A DNA stretch of 55,703 nucleotides, taken from positions 1-55,703 of IMG/VR virus record IMGVR_UViG_3300012665_000794; one strand, 5' to 3'. This stretch comes from a virus (taxonomy: Duplodnaviria; Caudoviricetes). Below the pieces are notes generated by a model. That model was not told the origin of the DNA and made no database searches. It saw only the letters and a program-made list of their open reading frames with translations. Position numbers and translations under genes: made by a program. This document shows, in pieces, positions 28,001-36,951 of this stretch (its first letter is position 1; every line of letters starts with the position of its first letter).

Positions 28001-31000
28001 GCAGGCACAGCAGGATCGGCAGGCTCTGTAACATTTGTTGGTCAAGCGTTTGATTATATTATTGGTATTGTAACAAATGGCACAACTGGTGCTCCATCGG
28101 CTACTATTACTACTATTGCTAGCAATACAACAATTACAACTTTAGTATCACATGGACTACAGGCTGGTGATACATTTACTCCAAGAACTAGTGCTAATGG
28201 ATTAGTTAAAGGTGTAACATATTTTGTTAAAACTACCCCAGCGCCTGATCAAATAACACTAGCACCAAGTTTTGATGGCACTGCAATTACATCATTAACC
28301 AACGGAACAGGCTTATCTATTGTCTGCGACATTGTTAACTGGCCATTGACTTCTTGGGCAACAGGTTCACAGGTTACTGCCTACACTATTTTAAGTGCTG
28401 CACAAGAAACAATTGTTCAAAATGTAATTGATGATTTAAATGCTGTGGCATGGCATACAGATTTTACAGTTGATGCAACATCATTGACTACTACACAATT
28501 CCGTGTATATGTAGGTAAGACAACTTTTGCTCACACTTATGTAAGCGGAGGAATTGTAACCAAATCAAACGGAACTACATTAGCAATTACAGGATTTACC
28601 TATAACAATTCAACAGGTTATGCAGTTGTAACTACTGCTACACACGGTCTTTCAGCTGGTGATCTAGTAGATATTGAAAACGTTATACTTTCTTTTGTTG
28701 ATCCTTCAAAGAGCCCAACTACTAGAACTGTAACATTCCCAAGTGCGACTGATTATAATACCGGGGCTGCTAAAGTTTCATATCTACAATACAAGTGCAT
28801 TAGAGACATTGGTTTAATTCTAAATGCAGTTGGTTACGATGTAATGTTTAACAGCAACTATCAGTCTCTAAGAGCTGCTTATTCATATCTAAGATCTACA
28901 GCAACAGAAGTGTTTAGCTTAGGCCAAAAAGCAGTTACAAGAGATGCATTGTTAAATGCTAAGACCGAAGCTAAGGCTAACGTTGGTGGCGACTCTACAG
29001 CACAAGCACGTATTGAAACGCTGATGACTTTGATAGATGATATTATCTATAGCGGAAGCAATGAAGGCAGCAATCAAACTACAGATTCTAACAGCCTACA
29101 CCATGCTGCTCGTCAGTTAGAGTTGAACAAAGACTTTATGGTTGCAGAAATTTCTGCTTACATCACTGCTACGTTCACAGGATCCGCAACTGGTGTTGAT
29201 GGACCTACAAACAGAATTACCTGTGCAACTAACACATGGTTAAAGAGAAATGCTGCTATTAGATTTACTGGCACAGTATTTGGCGGAGTTCAAACTGGCG
29301 TTACATATTATGTAAGAGAAGTAGCTAATTCCACACACTTTACTCTTTCTCTAACACCGTATGGATCTGAAGTGGATCTAAGCACAGCTACAGGCACAAT
29401 GTCATTTGCATTGTATTACGATTCAGCACTATGTTTAAGAGACGTAGAAGCATATACAGATGCATTGAAGTATGATTTAATTTACCCAGGAAATTACAGA
29501 TCATTGTTAGCTGCTCGTTACTATGCTAATTCTGTAAAAGGCAGCTTAGAAGAAGACATGTTCTATCTAAGAAATGCTACCGGTGTAAGAAATATGACCA
29601 TGGAAGGTCTAACTGGTGATTTAACTTCTAACAATGATTACGGAACACGCCGTGTAACTGCTGGTGCATACTGTTCGTTGGATCCAGGTTGGGGTCCAAA
29701 TGACGAAAGCGCATGGATTAGAACACGTTCACCATACATTCAAAACAATGCAACATTTGGTAGAGCTGCTGTTGGACAAAAGATTGACGGATCTCTACAC
29801 AATGGTGGTAACAGATCTATTGTTTCCAACGACTTTACACAGTTGATCAGTGATGGTATTGGTGCATGGGTAACTAATAATGGTAGAGCAGAACTTGTTT
29901 CTGTGTTTACATACTACTCACACATTGGTTACCTAAGTGAAAACGGAGGTAAGATCCGCGGCACAAACGGTAACAACTCATACGGTGATTTTGGTTCTGT
30001 TGCTGAAGGCTTTGATGCTTCTGAAACACCAAACGTGGGTATGGTTGACAACAAGTATCAATTTATTGCTACTGTAGGTTCAGCATTCACTGACGGTCAA
30101 AGGGTTCTAAACTTAGAATTTAATAACGCTGGATCAGAATACACTACCGCTACCATGAACGTAACAGGTTCGGGAGCTAGCGCATCTGTAGAAGCTGATG
30201 AGTTCCGTGATGATGCAGTTTTCCAAGTTAGACTATTAGACTTAGGCAACGATTCATCTGGACAATACGGCGGCTCAGGTTATGTAACTAACAGTAACAC
30301 AGCACAGGGCGGAACAAGCACAAGTATTACTATTGCTGCAACTGACCAAGAGATTAACTCTGCATACGTTGGTATGAAAGTTTATCTAACAGGTGGAACA
30401 GGTGCAGGGCAGTATGGTATTATTACATCTTATAATGCTGGAACTAAACTAGCTGCGGTTGTAACAGAATCAACAGGTGCAAGTGGATGGGATCATTTAG
30501 TTCCTGGAACTGCTATTACATCACCTGATGCTTCAACAACTTATACAATTGAGCCAAGAATTTCGTTCACAGCTCCAACATACACATCAACAGCCAGCAC
30601 ACTAAACAGTTCTGCAACTTGGGATGATGTAGATTATTCTAATTTAAGCAGAGGTTATGACAGTGTATCTGGAACTACAAACGGTTCTGGAACAGGTGCT
30701 ACTTTCTTAGTTCTTAAGAAAGGCACAAAGTATAATGTCATTACTAAAACTGCTGGAACTGGATATCAAAGATTAGACACTATTACAATTGCTGGAACTA
30801 ACGTTGGCGGTGCTTCTACAACCAACGATATTACATTAACTATCACAGCGGTTAATTCAACAACTGGTGCTATCCAGGCATTTGACACAGACGGTTATGG
30901 ACAAGGCGGTCACTATGTAGCTGTTTCAACAGGTGCTACAACCACTAACATTTCTCCAAGCGGAACAGCTTGGATTGCAGGTGGTGCAATGCCAAGTTCA

Positions 31001-32932
31001 ACAACATGGACTAGTGTTGCAGGCGGCGACTTAACTGTGGCAGAAACTGGATCGGCATTTATTGTTGGTAGAGCATACACAATTGCTACATTAGGAAATA
31101 CTAACTGGACAGCAGTTGGCGCTCCAAGCACAACAGTTGGTGTATCATTTATTGCCACAGCACAAGGTGGAACAGGAACTGCAACACCAACTGCATCTGC
31201 GGTAGTAGCTATTGCAGCTACAGGTGCAACAGCATACTCACATGATGGCGGTGCTACATGGACAGCTGGTGCTAATTTACCATCAAGCACAGGATCATGG
31301 ATCTCTGTTAAGTATGCCAAAGGCATTTGGGTAGCAGTAACATTTGGTGATAACAAAACCGCATACTCAACCAACGGTGGCAGAACATGGTCGTCAGGCG
31401 GAGTTTTACCAAGCTCATCAAATTGGATTGACGTTACCTATGGTAAAGGTCGTTGGGTTGCTATTGCACAAGGTGGAACAGTTGCAGCATACTCATTAGA
31501 CAATGGTCAAGCATGGCTAACTGCTACATTACCTTCTAGCTCTAACTGGGTTTCTGTAACATATGGAAATAACAGATTCGTTGCTGTTTCTAACACCAGC
31601 GGAACAGTTGCAGCCTACAGTTTAGACGGTTCGGCTTGGTCTGCAAGCACATTGCCAGCAACAGCAAGTTGGACTGCTATCACTTACGGACAGGGTGTAT
31701 TCTTTGCAGTAAGTCAAAGCACAGCAGCAGCAAGTTCAGAAGATGGTATTGTATGGACTTCTAGAACAACATCTACAGCAGCTAACGGATTTAGCGGCGT
31801 AACATTTGGTAATCCAAATAGATACGGATTGTTTGTAGCTGTTCAAAGATCCACAGCAGGCACAGTGGCTTCTTACATTAGAACAGGTGCTACTGCAAGA
31901 GCAAGAGCATTTGTATCGCAAGAAAAGATCTTTGCAATTCGCTTAGTAGAACCAGGTTCTGGATATGCAGCAGCTCCGACAATGACAATTACTGATCCTA
32001 ACAACATCTATGAAATGCCATTCGCTGTAAGAATTGGTAAGGGAGCATTGGCAAATCCAAGCTTCGTTAATAGAGGAACAGGATATGTTACAGGCGCTGG
32101 CGAAATTTCCGGCGGTGACGGCTACGGTGATTTCTACCAAAGCGGATCATACATTGCAGTAAGAAGATTAACACAACGTCCAGTAGCTGGATCTAACGTT
32201 GTATTAACTAGCTTACCAGGAAGAACATTTAAGTTAGTTAACGTTGTATCATTCAGAGGATCATATGACGGTTCTTACACAGCGTTCTTCCAAATTAGTC
32301 CACAACTAGCTGTAAGCGAATCACCAGAACACGGTGATACTGCAACAACTAGAATCCGTTATTCACAGGTTCGACTAACTGGACACGATTTCTTGAGCAT
32401 TGGATCGGGTAACTTTAATGAAACCAACTATCCAAATGACTTTACACAAGATCCGTTCCAAGCAAACGAAACTGTTGAAAATAACGGCGGACGAGTGTTC
32501 TTTACATCAACTGACCAAGACGGTAACTTCCGAGTTGGTGATTTGTTCACAATTGAACAGTCCACAGGTATCGCAACATTAAATGCTGATGCGTTTAATA
32601 TTGCTGGTCTACAAGAACTTACACTGGGTAATATTACACTCGGCGGAGCTTCAGCAAGTATTACTGAATTCTCCACTGATCCGTTCTTTACCGCAGACTC
32701 AGATTCTGTTGTTCCTACACAACGAGCAATTAAAGCCTACATTTCCGCACAAATTGGTGGCGGTGGTGCTTCATTGAATGTAAATAGTGTAACAGCTGGT
32801 TTTATCTTTATTAGTAATAACCAGATCACTACTACAACAAATACACCTATCCAAATGAAGGCAAGATTTGATTTCCGTGGTGGCGTAACAGGATACCCAG
32901 TAGCTTGGAACTACTTTTTAAATAACAGATAA
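25040..32932 (+). CDS. Giant virion structural/fibre protein (2630 aa)
   Basis: Same architecture as 19532-25003 with four Cx(R/Q)D repeats and extra inserted domains. Shared C-terminus (GHDFL.IG.GNF.ETNYP...TSTDQDGNFR...EFSTDP). Confidence 0.75.
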   Translation: MAEFKLGRIRFVWKDNWTTGTAYYKDDVVRQGGKTFICTVGHTAAADFYTDLSFVPTKWNQMTDGQEWKGNWTTATSYKVGDTVKYGGTVYICRTSHTSASTSALGLENSIANWDTFAEGFDWKGDWGINTRYKPNDVVSYGGITYICVTGHTSASTTGLGLENNSAAWEEWNTGLEYKGSWSGSSVRYKVNDIVKHGGGTWICITAHTSQALFTTDEAKWSQFNEGIEFEGDWSGATAYQIGDIVRYGGNQYVAKTNNTDENPRTSTANWDLFSEGFKYRNAHALTTSYLIGDVVRHSGHIYLASTDSTALQFTCTSTLGASERFVMSTPTTNVQVGQAVRFSGTTFGGVLAGATYYVKTVVSPTDITISTTPGGTTFNVPGNASGTMTVDIGWLPSQAEASSVWTRLNSGLNWIGEWLDDTEYDTGDVVRYGANSYVCVARHRSDGDDGSTIGTQGGGQSNSRPDRDSTGTYWNILTIGTETSLLTTRGDLVYFGGAGPTRLPVGLEGQVLRVSEDEIPEWFTIGKVDHVYYVANHGTDQPAPIHGLTVDKPWSSIRYACEQVLAGPRNLNAARLLELNRAFIQRETVEWIESQVSSNTAPFTTSFTFKDDRCERDVGYIIDAVIWDIRHGGNRKTRESALSYVNDAPRFYTLGQEAETVAAINYSLTVMNNVLDQTAPVANYQTLNGDNSTAIVAQWTDSSIAAETGIKTTVAGLVEIVTDAITAGVDTDIPAEYLPSTIIHVKTGRYLEELPIVVPEGCCLLGDEVRSVNAGPTAGTTNIADAYYSLQTLSRMESIVGDIVVGTTVSKTSGNTASQSKLFPYADTTQQTTVKQLVRAIRHSIDWRLGTMNLASYPDPTSYNSGYLVGYGDARTQLLLNKEYFKVEVTAFIDANYPDVYYSRTKCQQDVGYIVDALVYDLTYGGYQQSITAGLAYFNGAGGAMAIDSEELGATIAAMNHLKGMVQDAIVLTPTGGDQNEIPQWRAGTAGSAGSVTFVGQAFDYIIGIVTNGTTGAPSATITTIASNTTITTLVSHGLQAGDTFTPRTSANGLVKGVTYFVKTTPAPDQITLAPSFDGTAITSLTNGTGLSIVCDIVNWPLTSWATGSQVTAYTILSAAQETIVQNVIDDLNAVAWHTDFTVDATSLTTTQFRVYVGKTTFAHTYVSGGIVTKSNGTTLAITGFTYNNSTGYAVVTTATHGLSAGDLVDIENVILSFVDPSKSPTTRTVTFPSATDYNTGAAKVSYLQYKCIRDIGLILNAVGYDVMFNSNYQSLRAAYSYLRSTATEVFSLGQKAVTRDALLNAKTEAKANVGGDSTAQARIETLMTLIDDIIYSGSNEGSNQTTDSNSLHHAARQLELNKDFMVAEISAYITATFTGSATGVDGPTNRITCATNTWLKRNAAIRFTGTVFGGVQTGVTYYVREVANSTHFTLSLTPYGSEVDLSTATGTMSFALYYDSALCLRDVEAYTDALKYDLIYPGNYRSLLAARYYANSVKGSLEEDMFYLRNATGVRNMTMEGLTGDLTSNNDYGTRRVTAGAYCSLDPGWGPNDESAWIRTRSPYIQNNATFGRAAVGQKIDGSLHNGGNRSIVSNDFTQLISDGIGAWVTNNGRAELVSVFTYYSHIGYLSENGGKIRGTNGNNSYGDFGSVAEGFDASETPNVGMVDNKYQFIATVGSAFTDGQRVLNLEFNNAGSEYTTATMNVTGSGASASVEADEFRDDAVFQVRLLDLGNDSSGQYGGSGYVTNSNTAQGGTSTSITIAATDQEINSAYVGMKVYLTGGTGAGQYGIITSYNAGTKLAAVVTESTGASGWDHLVPGTAITSPDASTTYTIEPRISFTAPTYTSTASTLNSSATWDDVDYSNLSRGYDSVSGTTNGSGTGATFLVLKKGTKYNVITKTAGTGYQRLDTITIAGTNVGGASTTNDITLTITAVNSTTGAIQAFDTDGYGQGGHYVAVSTGATTTNISPSGTAWIAGGAMPSSTTWTSVAGGDLTVAETGSAFIVGRAYTIATLGNTNWTAVGAPSTTVGVSFIATAQGGTGTATPTASAVVAIAATGATAYSHDGGATWTAGANLPSSTGSWISVKYAKGIWVAVTFGDNKTAYSTNGGRTWSSGGVLPSSSNWIDVTYGKGRWVAIAQGGTVAAYSLDNGQAWLTATLPSSSNWVSVTYGNNRFVAVSNTSGTVAAYSLDGSAWSASTLPATASWTAITYGQGVFFAVSQSTAAASSEDGIVWTSRTTSTAANGFSGVTFGNPNRYGLFVAVQRSTAGTVASYIRTGATARARAFVSQEKIFAIRLVEPGSGYAAAPTMTITDPNNIYEMPFAVRIGKGALANPSFVNRGTGYVTGAGEISGGDGYGDFYQSGSYIAVRRLTQRPVAGSNVVLTSLPGRTFKLVNVVSFRGSYDGSYTAFFQISPQLAVSESPEHGDTATTRIRYSQVRLTGHDFLSIGSGNFNETNYPNDFTQDPFQANETVENNGGRVFFTSTDQDGNFRVGDLFTIEQSTGIATLNADAFNIAGLQELTLGNITLGGASASITEFSTDPFFTADSDSVVPTQRAIKAYISAQIGGGGASLNVNSVTAGFIFISNNQITTTTNTPIQMKARFDFRGGVTGYPVAWNYFLNNR

Positions 32933-32945
32933 TGGAGAATTTATA

Positions 32946-33266
32946 ATGGCAACAGGAAGATTAGGAACCGCAGACCTATCAGCAGCAACAAATACTACGG
33001 TCTATACCGTTCCAGCAGACACGTTTGCTGTAGTTTCTGTAAACTTATGTAACAGAGGCTCAACAGCGGCATCAGTCCGTATAGCAGTAGCTACTTCTTC
33101 AACACCAGGTAATGCTGAGTTCATTGAATATGATGCTCAGATCACAGCCAACGGTGTTCTAGAAAGAACAGGTCTAGTATTAGACGCTGGAAAATTAGTT
33201 GTGGTGCGTTCAAGTGCTATCAACGTTACTGCTATGGTGTATGGTATTGAAACATCAACAGCTTAA
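32946..33266 (+). CDS. Small beta-sandwich virion protein
   Basis: VYTVP...VNLCNR...IEYD....VLERTGLVL...VYGIE. GGAG SD. Confidence 0.6.
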   Translation: MATGRLGTADLSAATNTTVYTVPADTFAVVSVNLCNRGSTAASVRIAVATSSTPGNAEFIEYDAQITANGVLERTGLVLDAGKLVVVRSSAINVTAMVYGIETSTA

Positions 33267-33281
33267 TAGGAGCGTAATAAC

Positions 33282-33737
33282 ATGGGAAGAATAGTATCAT
33301 TAGGTATTCAGGCAACAATGTCTGCCAATATCATGGGGACAACTGCCGAACGACCGACTGCGGTTAACCCAGGAGTTACCTTTTTTAATCAATCAACAGC
33401 ACAACTAGAAATTTATAACGGCTCTACCTGGGTTACAGTTGGCGACTACCAAAGAATAGATGTTACATCAAGTCAAACAGTAGTTGCTAATAGATCATTT
33501 TGGGTAAACACCAACAGCGCAGCAGTGACTATTACACTTCCTGCTAGTCCAAATCCTGGCGACTTTGTTAAAATTACCGATGTTGCTGGAACATTTGCAA
33601 CAAATAACTGCACCGTTAATCCAAACGGTAACAGAATTATGCGTCAAGCAGACACAATGACTATCAGCACTAACGGTGCTAGCGTTAGAATGGTCTATTA
33701 TGATGCAACAAGAGGTTGGTTACTAGAAGCTATCTAA
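33282..33737 (+). CDS. Tail fibre-related adaptor protein
   Basis: TTAERP...FFN...LEIYNG..W followed by TITLPASP..GD.V...D..GTF.TNN, a module resembling T4 gp34 repeats. Confidence 0.6.
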   Translation: MGRIVSLGIQATMSANIMGTTAERPTAVNPGVTFFNQSTAQLEIYNGSTWVTVGDYQRIDVTSSQTVVANRSFWVNTNSAAVTITLPASPNPGDFVKITDVAGTFATNNCTVNPNGNRIMRQADTMTISTNGASVRMVYYDATRGWLLEAI

Positions 33738-33747
33738 GGAATAAAGA

Positions 33748-34599
33748 ATGCCGTTCAATTATCAGTCATTAAAAAATATTACCGATCAAGCTATCGTTGA
33801 CGGCTCCATTGATTCTGTAGACATTGCCGATGGTGCTGTTACAGGCACAAAAATACAACTTGGAAACGTAACTGCTGGAAAGCTAGGCTCGGGAGCAGTT
33901 GATTTAGGTTCTTCAACTACTACAGGAACACTGCCTATTAATAAAGGTGGTTTAAATCGAACTACTCTAGGCGGAGCCTATCAAGCATTATACAGTGACG
34001 GATCAAATTTACAATTTAATCAACACGGTATACAAGGTATGCAGGTCTTTACAGGCGGTGGCACATGGAATAGACCAAGTGGCGTAAGATACATATTAGT
34101 TCAAGTGCAAGGCGCCGGCGGTGGTGGATCTGGTCACGGAGAAGGCGGTGGCGCTGGTGGATATGCAGAACGTTATTTAGACGTTACTGGTATTGGATCA
34201 GTGGGTGTTTACGTAGGTGGCGGCGGTGGTGGCACGTATTATGCTAACGCTGGCGGTAACGGAGATTATGCAGCATTTGGACCATACATTTCGGCAGGTG
34301 GTGGTCATGGTGCTAACAGACAAAACCAACACAGCGGTGGTGTTAGTGGTGCAGGATCAGGTGGAAATTTAAACTTACACATGGGCGGCGGCTTTAGCCA
34401 TCATGCTCGAAGTGCCCAATCCAATGCCGATACATTTTGGGGCGGCGGTGCACCGAGTAGTCATCCACAGGGCGGACATTTTGCGCATAATCACCAAACA
34501 CATTGTTCGCCAGGCACAGGAGGAGCCGGAGCTCACTTCCACGGACATAGAGGTTCAGATGGTAGACCGGGTCTAGTTGTTGTTACTAGTTTTTATTAA
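33748..34599 (+). CDS. His/Gly-rich fibre or adhesin-like protein, paralogue 1
   Basis: MPFNYQSLKN N-terminus, FT..GTW..PSGV glycine-rich domain, and HPQGGHFAHNHQ. Confidence 0.7.
   Translation: MPFNYQSLKNITDQAIVDGSIDSVDIADGAVTGTKIQLGNVTAGKLGSGAVDLGSSTTTGTLPINKGGLNRTTLGGAYQALYSDGSNLQFNQHGIQGMQVFTGGGTWNRPSGVRYILVQVQGAGGGGSGHGEGGGAGGYAERYLDVTGIGSVGVYVGGGGGGTYYANAGGNGDYAAFGPYISAGGGHGANRQNQHSGGVSGAGSGGNLNLHMGGGFSHHARSAQSNADTFWGGGAPSSHPQGGHFAHNHQTHCSPGTGGAGAHFHGHRGSDGRPGLVVVTSFY
34036..34094 (+). repeat. 59-nt perfect repeat, copy 1 (copy 2 at 35775-35833; 23-nt core at 34929-34951)
   Basis: GGTATGCAGGTCTTTACAGGCGGTGGCACATGGAATAGACCAAGTGGCGTAAGATACAT is identical at both sites. Confidence 0.9.
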
Positions 34600-34610
34600 G
34601 AGAGATATCG

Positions 34611-35468
34611 ATGCCATTTAATTATCAAAGTTTAAAAAATATAAGCCAAGCGGCATTGGTTAACTCTGCTATTATTGGTGCAGACTTAACTACAAATGCT
34701 GTTACTAATGCCAAACTAGCTAATTCTACAATCACATCAAGTGAACTAGGTTCAGGCGCTGTTGATGTAACACAAGCATCCGTTTCGGGAACTTTGCCGG
34801 TAGGTAAAGGCGGAACTGGAATAACAGGATTTAGTGGTGCATATAGAGTTCTAGCAGCTAATTCTGCAAACAATGCCTTAGAATTTGCACCAGCCGGAAT
34901 ATATAGAATGGTAGTGTTTACAGGCAACGGCACATGGAATAGACCAAGTGGTGTAAGATATATCAAAGTTCAAGTGCAAGGTGGTGGCGGTGGTGGCGGT
35001 GGCCATGGAGAATCTGGCGCTGCTGGTGGTTATGCAGAACGTGTATTAGATGTTACAGGTATTTCGTCTGCAGGTATAACAATTGGTGGCGGTGGTGGTG
35101 GCACATACTACAATAATGCAGGCGGCAATGCAGGTAGTTCATCGTTTGGTCCATACGTATCAGCTGGCGGTGGCCATGGTTGTAATAGACATAACAATCA
35201 CAATGGCGGACTAGCAGGTGTTGGTTCGGGCGGTGATTTAAATCTATACGGTGGATGTGGCGGTGGCCACGAACAACGTTCTTCTGGCATGGGCGGTTCA
35301 ACATATTTTGGAGGTGCTGCACCCGCAGGTCATCCACAAGGCGGACACTTTGCGCACAATCACCAAGGTCATTCAGCTCCAGGAACTGGCGGAACTAGTG
35401 GTTACTTCAGTGGACATAGAGGATCAGATGGCCGCCCTGGAATTATTGTAGTTACAGAATATTATTAA
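34611..35468 (+). CDS. His/Gly-rich fibre or adhesin-like protein, paralogue 2
   Basis: Same architecture, 285 aa. Confidence 0.7.
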   Translation: MPFNYQSLKNISQAALVNSAIIGADLTTNAVTNAKLANSTITSSELGSGAVDVTQASVSGTLPVGKGGTGITGFSGAYRVLAANSANNALEFAPAGIYRMVVFTGNGTWNRPSGVRYIKVQVQGGGGGGGGHGESGAAGGYAERVLDVTGISSAGITIGGGGGGTYYNNAGGNAGSSSFGPYVSAGGGHGCNRHNNHNGGLAGVGSGGDLNLYGGCGGGHEQRSSGMGGSTYFGGAAPAGHPQGGHFAHNHQGHSAPGTGGTSGYFSGHRGSDGRPGIIVVTEYY

Positions 35469-35480
35469 TAGAGTAAAAAA

Positions 35481-36335
35481 ATGCCATTTAATTATCAGAT
35501 ACTTAAAAATTTAACCGGTGCTGCAATTGTTGATTTGCAGATTGGAACTAGTCAGCTTTCGGATAGATCGATTCCGGATGCAGACATCACTGCATCTGCG
35601 ATCTCATCTGGAAAGATGGCCACAGGTGCAGTAAATTTAGCATCAGCAACAGTAACCGGAACACTTGCAGTAGGTAAAGGAGGCACCGGACTTACTAGTA
35701 TTGGTGGCGGAAATACAGTATTAAGAACTAATGCATCTAACAACGGACTAGAGTATTCAGTTGCAGGATTTTCTGGTATGCAGGTCTTTACAGGCGGTGG
35801 CACATGGAATAGACCAAGTGGCGTAAGATACATTCGAGTCAAAGTCCAAGCTGCTGGAGGCGGCGCATCAGGTCACGGTGAATCAGGAGGTGCAGGCGGT
35901 TATTCTGAACGTGTGCTAGATGTTAGCGGAATATCGTCAGTATCAGTATATGTTGGCGGTGGCGGTGGTGGCACATATTACTCAGGTGCAGGCGGAAACG
36001 GCGATTATGCATCTTTTGGCCCATACGCATCAGCACAAGGCGGCCACGGTGCTAATAGACAAAATCAACACAGCGGTGGTGTTAGCGGCGGCGCTGGCGG
36101 AGGCGATTTAAATATACATACAGGTTCTGGCGGAGCTCATCACGATAGTTTTGGCCCTGGCGGAACCAGCCATTTTGGAGGACCTGCACCTAGCGGTCAT
36201 CCACAAGGCGGACATTTTTCACATAATCATCAAGGTCATGCAGCACCGGGCACCGGTGGCACAGGTGGTTATTTCCACGGACATAGAGGCTCAGACGGCC
36301 GTCCGGCAATTGTAGTAGTTGAAGAATATAAATAA
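35481..36335 (+). CDS. His/Gly-rich fibre or adhesin-like protein, paralogue 3
   Basis: Same architecture, 284 aa. Confidence 0.7.
   Translation: MPFNYQILKNLTGAAIVDLQIGTSQLSDRSIPDADITASAISSGKMATGAVNLASATVTGTLAVGKGGTGLTSIGGGNTVLRTNASNNGLEYSVAGFSGMQVFTGGGTWNRPSGVRYIRVKVQAAGGGASGHGESGGAGGYSERVLDVSGISSVSVYVGGGGGGTYYSGAGGNGDYASFGPYASAQGGHGANRQNQHSGGVSGGAGGGDLNIHTGSGGAHHDSFGPGGTSHFGGPAPSGHPQGGHFSHNHQGHAAPGTGGTGGYFHGHRGSDGRPAIVVVEEYK
35775..35833 (+). repeat. 59-nt perfect repeat, copy 2
   Basis: Identical to 34036-34094. Confidence 0.9.
36327..36334 (+). promoter_or_regulatory. T4-type late promoter TATAAATA
   Basis: Perfect consensus overlapping the end of paralogue 3. Confidence 0.55.
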
Positions 36336-36353
36336 TCTGGGAGATTAAAAGTT

Positions 36354-36854
36354 ATGAAAAAAGCATTAGTAGGATATCAAGGCTGGGTTTCTCAGGTCGT
36401 AGAACCAGGCGAAGATCACGAAATTTATGAAGGTCCAGGAGCCACAATGGCGTGGGTAGATGCCCCGGACGATATCACAATGGATTGGACTTTAGAATGG
36501 AGTCCAGGCCAACAAAAAATGATTTGGGTTGAAAGAGATGGCCCATTTACTAACAACGAAGTAGCACGTAAAGTAGCATACGGTGATGCTGGCGCACAAT
36601 TAGGCATGATCTTTGATGCTATAAAAGAGAATGGTGTTTTAGACACAAACAGCGAATGGTTTCAGCATCAAATAATGGTTAAATCCATGATTCCAAAACC
36701 AACTCAAGAAAAATTCTTAATGACTCCGGAAGAATATATTGAATCTATGGCTAATACAGAGCCAAGTGCAAATCGCAATCCGGTTCCGTCAACTACGGAA
36801 ATGCCTTCATGGGTAAGATATCCAGGCTGGAAGGGATATCAAGGCAGATACTAA
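36354..36854 (+). CDS. Hypothetical protein, possible fibre assembly chaperone
   Basis: 166 aa. ARKVAYGDAGAQLGMIFDAI resembles motifs in proteins that follow fibre genes. GGGAG SD. Confidence 0.55.
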   Translation: MKKALVGYQGWVSQVVEPGEDHEIYEGPGATMAWVDAPDDITMDWTLEWSPGQQKMIWVERDGPFTNNEVARKVAYGDAGAQLGMIFDAIKENGVLDTNSEWFQHQIMVKSMIPKPTQEKFLMTPEEYIESMANTEPSANRNPVPSTTEMPSWVRYPGWKGYQGRY

Positions 36855-36867
36855 TCCGCTTTAGAAC

Positions 36868-36896
36868 AAAAAAAGGCATCTTGGATGCCTTTTTTT
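36868..36896. terminator. Intrinsic terminator, potentially bidirectional
   Basis: AAAAAAAGGCATC-TTG-GATGCCTTTTTTT. Confidence 0.85.
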
Positions 36897-36917
36897 ATTT
36901 CCACTATAAAATACGCA

Positions 36918-36925
36918 TATAAATA
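36918..36925 (+). promoter_or_regulatory. T4-type late promoter TATAAATA heading the plus-strand enzyme operon
   Basis: Perfect consensus just after the terminator and before the AAGGA SD and ATG at 36952. Confidence 0.75.
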
Positions 36926-36951
36926 AAGCACCATTGGTATAAGGACTATTC

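Noticed and set aside
33748-36335. Diversity-generating retroelement template/variable repeats
   Set aside because: No reverse transcriptase in the window, all copies are coding, and differences are not adenine-specific.
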